This document shows positions 1 to 13,268 of a stretch of DNA of 64,000 nt, piece after piece. The stretch is from Octopus bimaculoides (taxonomy: Eukaryota): positions 5,981,377 through 6,045,376 of the forward strand of contig NC_068993.1 in assembly GCF_001194135.2 (NCBI RefSeq), given 5' to 3'. The translations under genes and the position numbers were made by a program. The stretch's first letter is position 1, and each line of letters begins with the position of its first letter. The notes under the pieces were generated by a model. It worked only from the letters and a program-made list of their open reading frames with translations, had not been told where the DNA came from and searched no databases.

Positions 1-226
1 TATACATATATCTATATGTATATCTATATTATATATACAATACGTACACATTATATATATATATACGCATAGATATACAGGTAGGTATTTGTATTCGCTG
101 TCGGTCATTATGTTTAGGAAATCTATTGAGTGGCATTCACTAATTTCAGTTTCCTCGTGATTCTATTGTTTGCATTTTGCTTTCCTCAATGATATTAGGA
201 GAATGAACTGTTGTGATTCATTTCTT

Positions 227-227
<1 letters not shown>

Positions 228-284
<57 letters not shown>
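228..284. repeat. (TAG)n microsatellite
   Basis: Perfect TAG run abutting the 3' end of the repeat at 285-905. Confidence 0.95.
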
Positions 285-905
285 CTATTGTGGTTTAACC
301 TACAATCTCAGTCCTGCCCAAGCAAATAACGACGTTACGATCATGACATTTTCGTTGCTTGACTTTCAGTCGTAGTGTACCTAGGACCAAATTATCCAAT
401 GTGCTCCTATTTTTTTTTTCTTTTGAAGATATCAGTGTCTGATTTGAGGGACATTTCGCCACCCTTTTTAGTACACACTTACAGGTTCCATCGTGGTCTC
501 AGCGCCACAGAAAATAAAATATAGCATTTACTGTTTAACCCAAGGCAAATCCCTTATCTGCATTTTGGATCAAAGGCGTTCCAATGGTGACTAATCAGTC
601 AATTTTGTTGACACTGTGCATCTAGGACAACTTTACTGAATGTGCTTTTCCTTTCTTTAAGCCGTTTGTATACGATGTCAATGAAACTTGGTTGCTATTT
701 CTAGCACATCCAATAAAGGCTCTCTTATTGGCACGGGTAAACCAGATCGTTGTTGTCAATGTTAATGTTTAACCACCGGTGAAACCTGACCGTGTAAGCC
801 TATGATCAAAGGCATTCCAGCCATGAACATCCCAACTTAGATTGTTTCTAAGACAATAGTGTGTAATTTTGCTGCTGTTTCTAGTACACCTTGTGACCAC
901 GAAGA
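285..905 (-). mobile_element. Three head-to-tail degenerate copies of an unclassified SINE-like repeat (family E, core AGAAATAGCAGCCAAAT)
   Basis: Units start near 290, 530 and 765, each beginning TTTAACC; GATCAAAGGC(A/G)TTCCA in units 2-3, CTAGGAC..ATGTGCT in units 1-2, GCT(A/G)TTTCTAG in units 2-3. Confidence 0.65.
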
Positions 906-1205
906 GTCTCATTGGAGTTTTGATAAATACAAATAATCACCAAAATTCACATCCGATAAATCTTTAGTCTACACAACTTGCATGAACGAAAAGGTTGTGA
1001 TTTATTTGAAGATTACTCATTAAGCTTTAATCAAATTATCCACCTAACTATCGATCGATCATTCTTATTATCTAATGAGCTGTTTTTCTATCAACCCAAC
1101 GTTCATTCGATCTACGTATTCATTTATCGATCTATGTATTTATTGATCAACCTATCCAATTTTCCATCTGTGTATCCTTTAATCTCCCAAGCTACTCATC
1201 AATTG

Positions 1206-1249
<44 letters not shown>

Positions 1250-1360
1250 GTGCGTGCGTGCGTGTGTGTGTGTGTGTGTGTGTGTTTGTGAGGTGTATGG
1301 GTGTGTATGTCTGTGTATGTATGTATACTTTTGTACTTGTATGCATGTATGTATGTATGA

Positions 1361-1408
<48 letters not shown>

Positions 1409-3420
1409 ATGTGAGTGTATTGTATGTATGCATGCATGCAAGGTCTGATCAATAAGTATCCGGACTGTTGTCATAGTAGCGAAGCTAAAGCACACAGAGT
1501 AAAGCCGCTAAGCAAAAATTGACCATGAACTCTTCTGTGCACGTACACTAAGTTTTAACGTTCTAGCTCACTTCCGCTGTTTACAGCAGTGTTTTGAAGG
1601 AAGGCTAAGTTTCCCCAGTCGGATGCCGTTCCTGTCGCCAACCACACACACACACACACACACATATAGGTATTATGTATGCATGTATGAATGCATGTGT
1701 GTGAGTTTTCCCTCTTGGAGAAAGAAGACGAACTTATAATGGTAACTGGTATTAGTTTTCAGAGTCAAGGAAAGATTATTTTAATACAACAATTTACATA
1801 GAAACAATCTTCTCATTGTCAGGAGAGAAAGGTGATAACTCCGGGCATGTTTCGAGTATATCTGGACGTCGTCAGTGAAGGATAGATCAAATATAAAGAA
1901 AACCACGCTGATAACTTTCTTCATCGTCTTCTTACGTTAAATACCAACGATCTTTCACAAGCGACAACACTTCTATAACGCGAATATCCTCATGTTCTGT
2001 GGCATCGATATTTTGTTTCATTTGTCATAGTTCTGCGATTTAATCAAACCGAAGAATTTTACACTCGTTGCCAGAAACAGTGAGAAATCGGAGACAACGT
2101 AAAATAAAAAGAAATATATATATAAAAAAACAACAATTATTAAAGCAAAAAACTCAAGCTTACAGGAAACATTGATAATTTAATTTATCTCCCATCTTCC
2201 TTTTAAATTGATTTGTATACATGCATATATATATCTCAATATATATATCTCAATATATATATATATATANNNNNNNNNNNNNNNNNNNNNNNNNNNNNNN
2301 NNNNNNNNNNNNNNNNNNNNNNNNNNNNNNNNNNNNNNNNNNNNNNNNNNNNNNNNNNNNNNNNNNNNNNNNNNNNNNNNNNNNNNNNNNNNNNNNNNNN
2401 NNNNNNNNNNNNNNNNNNNNNNNNNNNNNNNNNNNNNNNNNNNNNNNNNNNNNNNNNNNNNNNNNNNNNNNNNNNNNNNNNNNNNNNNNNNNNNNNNNNN
2501 NNNNNNNNNNNNNNNNNNNNNNNNNNNNNNNNNNNNNNNNNNNNNNNNNNNNNNNNNNNNNNNNNNNNNNNNNNNNNNNNNNNNNNNNNNNNNNNNNNNN
2601 NNNNNNNNNNNNNNNNNNNNNNNNNNNNNNNNNNNNNNNNNNNNNNNNNNNNNNNNNNNNNNNNNNNNNNNNNNNNNNNNNNNNNNNNNNNNNNNNNNNN
2701 NNNNNNNNNNNNNNNNNNNNNNNNNNNNNNNNNNNNNNNNNNNNNNNNNNNNNNNNNNNNNNNNNNNNNNNNNNNNNNNNNNNNNNNNNNNNNNNNNNNN
2801 NNNNNNNNNNNNNNNNNNNNNNNNNNNNNNNNNNNATATATATATATATATATATACACATATATACATATATATGTATATATATACACAAACACACACA
2901 TATATATATATACACACACACATATATATACTCACATATATACACACACACACACACATACATGCACAGAATAAAACACGTGCAGTACTTGTAAATATCA
3001 TCATTTTATTGTATATATATGCACACAAACACATACGCAACACAACTACTTCACACATCGCGATAAACGCCTGCAGACGATCACATTTTATGCGAGTCTG
3101 CAATTACATATGCGAGCATACCAACATTCCAGCACCTACATACACACAGGGATACGCGCACGCATATACAATTCCACAGACACGCGTAAACGGAGACAAG
3201 CTGTCACATAAACACAAGCATATTCTCTATTTAAACTGTCTCCGTCTCCACCACTTTATCTCCCGCTCTTTCGCTTTCTCTCTGTCATTGTATAATTTCT
3301 TTATCCTCTTCTTTTGGTCTCACTATGCACCTACCTGTCAGTGTTAATCGCTTCATCTCGTCATCAGTCGCACACCCAATCAATCATTCAATGATTGAAA
3401 CAACTCACCAACGAAGCAGA

Positions 3421-3453
<33 letters not shown>

Positions 3454-4656
3454 GATTTATCTAGCCAAATATGTATCTACTAATATACGTATGTATGTGT
3501 AATACATATGCTCGGATATGTAAATGCATAACTATATGTGGGTGTATATATATATATATGTATATATATATGNNNNNNNNNNNNNNNNNNNNNNNNNNNN
3601 NNNNNNNNNNNNNNNNNNNNNNNNNNNNNNNNNNNNNNNNNNNNNNNNNNNNNNNNNNNNNNNNNNNNNNNNNNNNNNNNNNNNNNNNNNNNNNNNNNNN
3701 NNNNNNNNNNNNNNNNNNNNNNNNNNNNNNNNNNNNNNNNNNNNNNNNNNNNNNNNNNNNNNNNNNNNNNNNNNNNNNNNNNNNNNNNNNNNNNNNNNNN
3801 NNNNNNNNNNNNNNNNNNNNNNNNNNNNNNNNNNNNNNNNNNNNNNNNNNNNNNNNNNNNNNNNNNNNNNNNNNNNNNNNNNNNNNNNNNNNNNNNNNNN
3901 NNNNNNNNNNNNNNNNNNNNNNNNNNNNNNNNNNNNNNNNNNNNNNNNNNNNNNNNNNNNNNNNNNNNNNNNNNNNNNNNNNNNNNNNNNNNNNNNNNNN
4001 NNNNNNNNNNNNNNNNNNNNNNNNNNNNNNNNNNNNNNNNNNNNNNNNNNNNNNNNNNNNNNNNNNNNNNNNNNNNNNNNNNNNNNNNNNNNNNNNNNNN
4101 NNNNNNNNNNNNNNNNNNNNNNNNNNNNNNNNNNNNNNNNNNNNNNNNNNNNNNNNNNNNNNNNNNNNNNNNNNNNNNNNNNNNNNNNNNNNNNNNNNNN
4201 NNNNNNNNNNNNNNNNNNNNNNNNNNNATGTTAATTAAATTAATATTCAATTTATTACCTTCAGTATATATATATGTGCTTGAAAATGTGTTTGTTTATT
4301 GCAACACACAAAGATAAACACAGAAATACAGAAAAAGCAACCATTAAATAACGAAATAAAACATTGTATATAGACTTATCCTGTTTATAATAAAAAAAAA
4401 AAAATGCTGGGTTACTAACGAGGAGAAGCTTATTTCATCTTACACCTCATCAGTGAATAATTGAAAGGAGAAAAGTTATTAATTCTCGAATAAATGTGTG
4501 GAGTCATTCACCTGGAGGATGTTTTTGGAAACAAGGCGGAGTAATAGATTTGCCATGAGATGTTATGCGGTGGGGGGAAAGGAATGATTTAAATTTCTCC
4601 TAATCTCCATAGAAACCAGAAAACTAGAGAGTAATAAGCTTTTCTGATATAGGAGC

Positions 4657-4792
4657 ATGACCGGAAGTTTAGAATGGCAAGGGGATAGTGCTGACTACAG
4701 CGATGCCCAGTGCTTAAAGGGTGTTTATTTTATCGACCCCGAAAGGATGAATAGCAAAGTCGACCTGGGCGAAATTTGAACTCAGAAGGTAA
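4657..4792 (-). mobile_element. tRNA-derived SINE family A, partial
   Basis: TTTTATCGACCCCGAAAGGATGAA..CAAAGTCGACC..ATTTGAACTCAGAA, shared with more than 15 copies in the window. Confidence 0.85.
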
Positions 4793-4828
4793 ATATACAT
4801 ACATACATACATACATACATACATACAT

Positions 4829-4885
<57 letters not shown>

Positions 4886-4886
<1 letters not shown>

Positions 4887-5234
4887 CCCACCCCGCTCAA
4901 GAGCTCCCTGAATAAGGTTTGTTTCAGGATGATGAACGAAAGGCCCATGTTTCCAGATGTGAATTTTTCAAACCCCAGACCATTCCTCTCAACACATGGG
5001 CTATGATGCTCCCCCACTACTTCTGCTCGTGATTAGAGATGCACATATCGTCTGCCACCAAAGGACATGCTCAACTGCTTAAGGTCAAACAACTGACATA
5101 CAAATCTGTGGTATTTAGCAGAATACTTGCTGTAGCCCATCTTTTATACCAAGACAAAAGAATGTACATGGTAACACTTCCAATCAGTTAAGATCAGAAA
5201 CCATGAGAATCACTGCTTGGTATTGCATCAGAGC
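4886..5234. mobile_element. Unclassified interspersed repeat (~350 bp) between (TA)n and (ATT)n tracts
   Basis: GC-richer non-coding block bounded by microsatellites; I recall it as an abundant octopus repeat, unverified. Confidence 0.4.
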
Positions 5235-5236
5235 AT

Positions 5237-5241
5237 TATTA

Positions 5242-5296
<55 letters not shown>

Positions 5297-5600
5297 CATT
5301 ACAATGATGATGATAGTAATGGTGGTAACAATTACGATGATATGGCTTATAACAAACATGGTGGACCTACTGGTGATGACTGTAGCGGTGGAGTCGGTGG
5401 CGGTCGTGGTCTTGGTGATGGTAGAGATGAAGAAACGGATGATGATGATGACGACCACCACGATGGTGATGATGATGTTGATGAGTTGATGATCATTAGG
5501 ACAGCAATAGTTGTCACGATGTTAAGCAGCGTGATGGCAACGATGGTGATGCTAGTTACAATCAATGGTGGTGGTGTCGAAGTTGATGGCACAGTTGGTA
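5237..5600. repeat. (ATT)n run followed by degenerate (GAT/GGT)n cryptic simple sequence
   Basis: Direct reading of the sequence. Confidence 0.85.
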
Positions 5601-6235
5601 ATATGATCATCTTCGTGATAAGATTTATTTATTATTTTTATTATTTCACCATTTTGTTTTCTCTTTCTTTTTTTCTTTTCTCTTCCCTTTTTTTTTTTCT
5701 TGCAAATTATGCTGTGAGCTAAACATTTATAAAAGCAAAACTTTTTCGAAAAGAACCGAGACGGTGTTTCGCTGTTACTGACGTCTGTTTGTTTACTTCC
5801 CAAAGATAGTAATAATAATGTTCAAACAGGCAGCATTCATTATCTTAACTTTGATCATGTTCGGTGGAGGTGGGCATGAAAACATTACCGTTTCGCTCAA
5901 AATAAAGAACTACTAACTAAAGAAGCAAAAACTGGGAGTATGAACGCAGATTCATGCACTTTTTTTTTTCGTTAAATACACTTCTTGTTGCAGATAAACA
6001 AATTGATTACATAAAAGATTTTGGAGTGTGTATACATCGACAGCATTCACATAAGCGAATAAAAGATGAAGAGACGGTGATAATGTGTGTACATATAGGC
6101 ATGTATACATGCATGTCAGTCTTCATATATACCCGTGTGTAGATATGTGTCTATGTATACGTGTATGTATATATGTATACACTTATATGTGCCTATGTAT
6201 GTATGTATGTATGTATCTATCTATCTATCTATCTA

Positions 6236-6278
<43 letters not shown>

Positions 6279-6582
6279 NNNNNNNNNNNNNNNNNNNNNN
6301 NNNNNNNNNNNNNNNNNNNNNNNNNNNNNNNNNNNNNNNNNNNNNNNNNNNNNNNNNNNNNNNNNNNNNNNNNNNNNNNNNNNNNNNNNNNNNNNNNNNN
6401 NNNNNNNNNNNNNNNNNNNNNNNNNNNNNNNNNNNNNNNNNNNNNNNNNNNNNNNNNNNNNNNNNNNNNNNNNNNNNNNNNNNNNNNNNNNNNNNNNNNN
6501 NNNNNNNNNNNNNNNNNNNNNNNNNNNNNNNNNNNNNNNNNNNNNNNNNNNNNNNNNNNNNNNNNNNNNNNNNNNNNNNNNN

Positions 6583-6613
<31 letters not shown>

Positions 6614-6995
6614 GCATATATACATGCACATATAAATGTATATGTCTGTTCATATACATGCAGAGACACACACATTCAAGCCCTCGCATATATCGTTTGT
6701 ATAATTTACCAGTACGATGACAAACATACAAACACATTGTTACACTCATGCACACTCACAGCAAGATGACAACGGAGAAAACAAACATTCAGCAATGTCA
6801 GGCGTCTGTAGGCAGGTTTCCAAATTTTTACTGCGCATTTATTTGCCTAGAAATGGCTGATCAGTGCAGTGATATGCGACCAAATGGTTGAATGAATCAG
6901 AAAAATTCACAAAAATTGGGATAATACATGGTTTACCTCTGTTTTTATGGAAAACTAAAAGCACCTGAGCGGCAGGAGTTATTTCCTTTCAATTG

Positions 6996-7066
<71 letters not shown>

Positions 7067-7170
7067 TAGTTTTATTTTTATAACGTGCTTTCACTTCACT
7101 ACCGAGCGCAGTTCTGTGTGCCTTGGGTATGTGCTGTGGTTTGCTGTGATGCTCTTATGGTTACTGTATT
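6996..7170 (-). mobile_element. Probable 3' end of a non-LTR retrotransposon with AATAAA and (TAA)n tail (R4/Dong-like by recollection)
   Basis: Minus strand ends ...GTGAAGTGAAAGCACGTTATAAAAATAAAACTACTG(AAT)n; clade assignment is from memory only. Confidence 0.4.
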
Positions 7171-7495
7171 GAAATACAAATGATTCATTCATAATCAGTA
7201 TGCAACACTTAATCCATATTCCAAATTTGAAAACAATTGGAACACAATTGTAAACAGAGACGAAAATCATCAAGATCCCAAGAATGTTGACAGTGACTTC
7301 GAAGTTTTCATCGGTTTAGCCATTGTTTGACGATGGTTTAGCTAGCCGAAACTTCTAAGTCGGTATCAATAACATTCTTGTATAAGAATAACATGTATGT
7401 ACACACACACACTTACACACACATACATACAGACATACATAAATATTCACTACGTATATACACATATGCAAGCATGGCCTTATAATGATACACAG

Positions 7496-7712
7496 ACATT
7501 TCTCCAGACTATCTGCACTTCCCTCCTTTTCGTCGTCTCTGGACTTTTTCTGTTACAGAGAATTATGTTGGGCCAAAGTTTTTTGCAAAATTTTGGCAAC
7601 TTATTCACGACGATTCATCGACCAGGCAGAGGCTTCGGTGAAGGAATCAAAGAACTGGCAGAAAAAGTGGTTGCACATGGTGCAAAAAGATGGCCTCTCT
7701 GTTGAATACAAG
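7496..7712 (+). mobile_element. Mariner transposase C-terminal remnant
   Basis: Frameshifted FSPD-like motif at ~7499 and composite EGIKELAEKWLHMVQKDG, matching the mariner GI..L..RW..V...DG tail. Confidence 0.6.
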
Positions 7713-8553
7713 GCTGCGTTTTTTGTAACTTGATGAATGAAGCAAATAATATATACACGTGCATGAATATATGTATATACGTATATTTGTGTGTGTGCAT
7801 GTATGTATATCTATATATAATTGCCTGCGTGTATGTGTATATATTTGTATGACAAAAGATGTCTATANNNNNNNNNNNNNNNNNNNNNNNNNNNNNNNNN
7901 NNNNNNNNNNNNNNNNNNNNNNNNNNNNNNNNNNNNNNNNNNNNNNNNNNNNNNNNNNNNNNNNNNNNNNNNNNNNNNNNNNNNNNNNNNNNNNNNNNNN
8001 NNNNNNNNNNNNNNNNNNNNNNNNNNNNNNNNNNNNNNNNNNNNNNNNNNNNNNNNNNNNNNNNNNNNNNNNNNNNNNNNNNNNNNNNNNNNNNNNNNNN
8101 NNNNNNNNNNNNNNNNNNNNNNNNNNNNNNNNNNNNNNNNNNNNNNNNNNNNNNNNNNNNNNNNNNNNNNNNNNNNNNNNNNNNNNNNNNNNNNNNNNNN
8201 NNNNNNNNNNNNNNNNNNNNNNNNNNNNNNNNNNNNNNNNNNNNNNNNNNNNNNNNNNNNNNNNNNNNNNNNNNNNNNNNNNNNNNNNNNNNNNNNNNNN
8301 NNNNNNNNNNNNNNNNNNNNNNNNNNNNNNNNNNNNNNNNNNNNNNNNNNNNNNNNNNNNNNNNNNNNNNNNNNNNNNNNNNNNNNNNNNNNNNNNNNNN
8401 NNNNNNNNNNNNNNNNNNNNNNNNNNNNNNNNNNNNNNNNNNNNNNNNNNNNNNNNNNNNNNNNNNNNNNNNNNNNNNNNNNNNNNNNNNNNNNNNNNNN
8501 NNNNNNNNNNNNNNNNNNNNNNNNNNNNNNNNNNNNNNNNNNNNNNNNNNGCA

Positions 8554-8588
<35 letters not shown>

Positions 8589-9289
8589 TAAACATGTAAA
8601 TACATATAAATAGATATGTACTTATAATTGTATATATATATATATGTGCACCATGTATATACAATGCATCTATGTACGCATTTATGCACATACATGCACA
8701 TATATATACATATATGTATGTGTGTGAATATATATATATGTGTATTCATGTATGTGTGTGTATATATATAGATATATATATATATAGACATACGTATGTA
8801 TTTAAATAAAAAAATATATACATACATGTATATATATCTGCATTGGAAAGGGCATTTTCCCATAGTCCTCATGCACGTTCACACATTCCCCTATATAATA
8901 TACACAAAAACACTCACACATTTTATATGTGTAGGTTGGCGGTTATTGACATACAGAGCCATTCCTCCGAGTTTCCTGAGTACGAAATGACATGTCTAAT
9001 TGACCAGATATTCGATAAATCCTAAGCCATCGCCTGAACTCGCCTTGACTGCTGTCTTAAATATTACACGAGCTTGAGACAGATAGACACCACTTTTATA
9101 TGAAACCAACTAAGGAGATAATATACTTCTAAAAGAACTGCAAGCATTTTTAGCTCTATAATTGGAAACTGATACGGTTAAGTAGAAGAGTATCCAACGT
9201 ATAAATTAGCCTTATCTTCAAGTGTTTATTTTAGTTCGAATTTAGTTTATATAGAAAATCATTTTCCAAACATTAACCCCCAAACGACC

Positions 9290-9900
9290 AGGAAGTCTAA
9301 AGGAACGAGAGTAAACTTGTTTAAGATTCCCCTTCCCTAGATTTAGACGTTATTATAAAACATTTCCCCTTCCCTAGATTTAGACGTTACAATAAAACAT
9401 TTTTTGGGACTTTCGATCTAGCTACTAAAACAGCACTTTCCGGCATCAAATAAATACAAAACATTCGACGCACATAATGTTAAATTTAGTTATTCTTGTC
9501 TAGACAACAAAGCTGATAGTATTGCAAACCACAACCAATATAATATGTCTGCACCGTCCCTTCTTCAGCACCCTATCTGTAATTACACAAACCGAACACG
9601 TCTTTCGGGGGACTCCTGGTTTATAGAACTACGCTGATTTCGCTAGATGCTATCCAGAGGAACTATATGGGATTTAACTCTAAATATCTCAAAGGATTAC
9701 AAAACTACTGTCAAAACCATTTTAAGTACAAGAATAAGGTGAACCCAACCTACTATCCTTTCGTGTTTCATTTGGAAGCCGAGAGATCAAGGATATTAGT
9801 ATTTCATTGTAACTTGGAACAGCATCGATGATATACCCTCATTTGTCAATAAATTACGTACGTACGACCCACTACCTCGTCACCGTAAGCTTGCCGAAGT
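9290..9900 (+). mobile_element. Penelope-like element remnant (RT C-terminus plus GIY-YIG endonuclease), frameshifted
   Basis: KQHFPASNKYKTFDAHNVKFSYSCLDNKADSIANHN (9428-9535), NYMG (9661-9672), LSCFIWK (9758-9778) and VNK..PRHRK, in the order expected for PLE ORFs (HFP..KIFN.N.VK.SYSC..N..S.I..HN; YIG; LS.YIW.LK; CRH). Confidence 0.75.
9327..9402. repeat. 37-bp tandem duplication inside the PLE remnant
   Basis: TTCCCCTTCCCTAGATTTAGACGTTA..ATAAAACATTT at 9327 and 9364. Confidence 0.9.
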
Positions 9901-10083
9901 ATGCTTAATGTCCTAGTAGTAGGCTTCTCAAGTTTAACGCAAATTTTTACGTATATATATATATGTAATATATATATATATATATCATATATTTATATAT
10001 ATCTATATATATATTTATTTATGTATGCATGTATATACATACATATATACATGCATACATACATACATACATGCATACATACA

Positions 10084-10136
<53 letters not shown>

Positions 10137-10525
10137 NNNNNNNNNNNNNNNNNNNNNNNNNNNNNNNNNNNNNNNNNNNNNNNNNNNNNNNNNNNNNNNN
10201 NNNNNNNNNNNNNNNNNNNNNNNNNNNNNNNNNNNNNNNNNNNNNNNNNNNNNNNNNNNNNNNNNNNNNNNNNNNNNNNNNNNNNNNNNNNNNNNNNNNN
10301 NNNNNNNNNNNNNNNNNNNNNNNNNNNNNNNNNNNNNNNNNNNNNNNNNNNNNNNNNNNNNNNNNNNNNNNNNNNNNNNNNNNNNNNNNNNNNNNNNNNN
10401 NNNNNNNNNNNNNNNNNNNNNNNNNNNNNNNNNNNNNNNNNNNNNNNNNNNNNNNNNNNNNNNNNNNNNNNNNNNNNNNNNNNNNNNNNNNNNNNNNNNN
10501 NNNNNNNNNNNNNNNNNNNNNNNNN

Positions 10526-10558
<33 letters not shown>

Positions 10559-12464
10559 CATACACACATTCATATATAGAGACACACACACATATACACC
10601 AACACCGGCTGTCAGACAATAAATTTATATATATATGTCTCAATAAATTTTCGTACTTATTAAATTTTTCTCCAATCCATCTAAAATTCATTACAAAATT
10701 ACAACACTATATCAACGTAATTAAATTTTGGCAAAAAACAAAAAACAAAACAAAAACAAACTATTTCTCTGTTAATTCCAGACATGATATACAATAAATT
10801 TATCCCAATATTAGTCTTGTGTTCCGGCACAAACACTCGAAAATAGTAAAGTTCTTGTTGTGGTATTCTTTTATTTCTCTTTTACTTATAATTGCTTTTG
10901 TGTGAAAATCTGATAACTCCGAGCAGTGTCTGGCAGAGATGTTACGGCTTCAGGCTAAAAATAATTCGATGATTCGATATCCTATGGTAACAAGGAAACG
11001 ACCTTTAAATTTTATGACATATAAGTGTGAATGCATAAGTCAGAGCGGATAAATGGGTCTGCAGTAAATATGCGACTGGATATCCAAACGTTTCTAACAC
11101 GTCCATCATGCAAATTCTTTTGCTCATATCCGCCGATGATTATCTACTTTTCTTTACTAAAAGAAGACAAGGGTTCAGTCTGGACAGGATTTCCAACATA
11201 GCACGGCATAGCGAGCGATTTAGCTCACATCTGGTCTCCTTTTCGGTACATGGTATTGATAAGTCACATATGGCGAAACATTAATGTCTACCGCTCTTGT
11301 AACAGGACCTGCCGTGAGTTATCTCGCTTTTCTATGACTTCTAGGTGTTTTTGCACCAGACATATTGACAAGAAAAGTTTTCTCTTATGCCTATAAATCG
11401 TAGCGTGCCCACGAACTAGCAATACTCATACCTTGTGTATGTGTATTCGATATTATTTATATTCCCCGGGTTGCATCTCACTCATATTTGAATATATATA
11501 TATATATATATATCTATATATATATATATATATATATATATNNNNNNNNNNNNNNNNNNNNNNNNNNNNNNNNNNNNNNNNNNNNNNNNNNNNNNNNNNN
11601 NNNNNNNNNNNNNNNNNNNNNNNNNNNNNNNNNNNNNNNNNNNNNNNNNNNNNNNNNNNNNNNNNNNNNNNNNNNNNNNNNNNNNNNNNNNNNNNNNNNN
11701 NNNNNNNNNNNNNNNNNNNNNNNNNNNNNNNNNNNNNNNNNNNNNNNNNNNNNNNNNNNNNNNNNNNNNNNNNNNNNNNNNNNNNNNNNNNNNNNNNNNN
11801 NNNNNNNNNNNNNNNNNNNNNNNNNNNNNNNNNNNNNNNNNNNNNNNNNNNNNNNNNNNNNNNNNNNNNNNNNNNNNNNNNNNNNNNNNNNNNNNNNNNN
11901 NNNNNNNNNNNNNNNNNNNNNNNNNNNNNNNNNNNNNNNNNNNNNNNNNNNNNNNNNNNNNNNNNNNNNNNNNNNNNNNNNNNNNNNNNNNNNNNNNNNN
12001 NNNNNNNNNNNNNNNNNNNNNNNNNNNNNNNNNNNNNNNNNNNNNNNNNNNNNNNNNNNNNNNNNNNNNNNNNNNNNNNNNNNNNNNNNNNNNNNNNNNN
12101 NNNNNNNNNNNNNNNNNNNNNNNNNNNNNNNNNNNNNNNNNNNNNNNNNNNNNNNNNNNNNNNNNNNNNNNNNNNNNNNNNNNNNNNNNNNNNNNNNNNN
12201 NNNNNNNNNNNNNNNNNNNNNNNNNNNNNNNNNNNNNNNNNNNNNNNNNNNNNNNNNNNNNNNNNNNNNNNNNNNNNNNNNNNNNNNNNNNNNNNNNNNN
12301 NNNNNNNNNNNNNNNNNNNNNNNNNNNNNNNNNNNNNNNNNNNNNNNNNNNNNNNNNNNNNNNNNNNNNNNNNNNNNNNNNNNNNNNNNNNNNNNNNNNN
12401 NNNNNNNNNNNNNNNNNNNNNNNNNNNNNNNNNNNNNNNNNNNNNNNNNNNNNNNNNNNNNNNN

Positions 12465-12564
<100 letters not shown>

Positions 12565-12727
12565 GGCCTGCCAGCTTGCCTGTCTCTATCTATCTGTCTG
12601 TCTGCCTGCCTGTCTAATTTTTTTACATTATATGAACGTAATATCTCCTTGGGGCTGCGTTGGTCATCAGATGCTTTTGATTGGTTATCAACATTTTCCA
12701 CCCACAAATTTCTTTCTTTTGACAAAG

Positions 12728-12799
12728 GTTCTGAATTCAAATTCCACCTAGGTCGACTTTGCCTTTCATACTTTCGGGGTCGATAAATTAAGTACCAGT
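12728..12799 (+). mobile_element. SINE family A fragment
   Basis: GAATTCAAATTCCACCTAGGTCGACTTTGCCTTTCAT..GGGGTCGATAAATTAAGTACCAGT, ending at a gap. Confidence 0.85.
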
Positions 12800-13020
12800 N
12801 NNNNNNNNNATCTATCTATCTATCTGTCTATCTGTCTGTCTGTCTGTCTGTCTGTCTAGTGTTATTATATAGCTGCATATAGGCATATAGCTTATATATT
12901 GGCTTGAAAGAGTAAATATCAATAATTTCAATTTGTTTTACACTTAAACACTTATTTAAATATCGGAAATAGATTATTGGAAAGGCTTGGTACGAATATA
13001 TGAACGTGAGAATTCATATA

Positions 13021-13051
<31 letters not shown>

Positions 13052-13160
13052 TACTTTGGGAACTCGATCTCAAAACAGATATAAAGCTACATATATATCT
13101 ATACATATATACATACCAGGGTTAAGGAATGGAGTAGAGCAGAACCTAAGAAGTGGTAAA

Positions 13161-13268
<108 letters not shown>

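Noticed and set aside
4425-4453. Minus-strand CTGATGA-10 nt-GAAA
   Set aside because: Neither stem II nor stem I can pair; consistent with chance.
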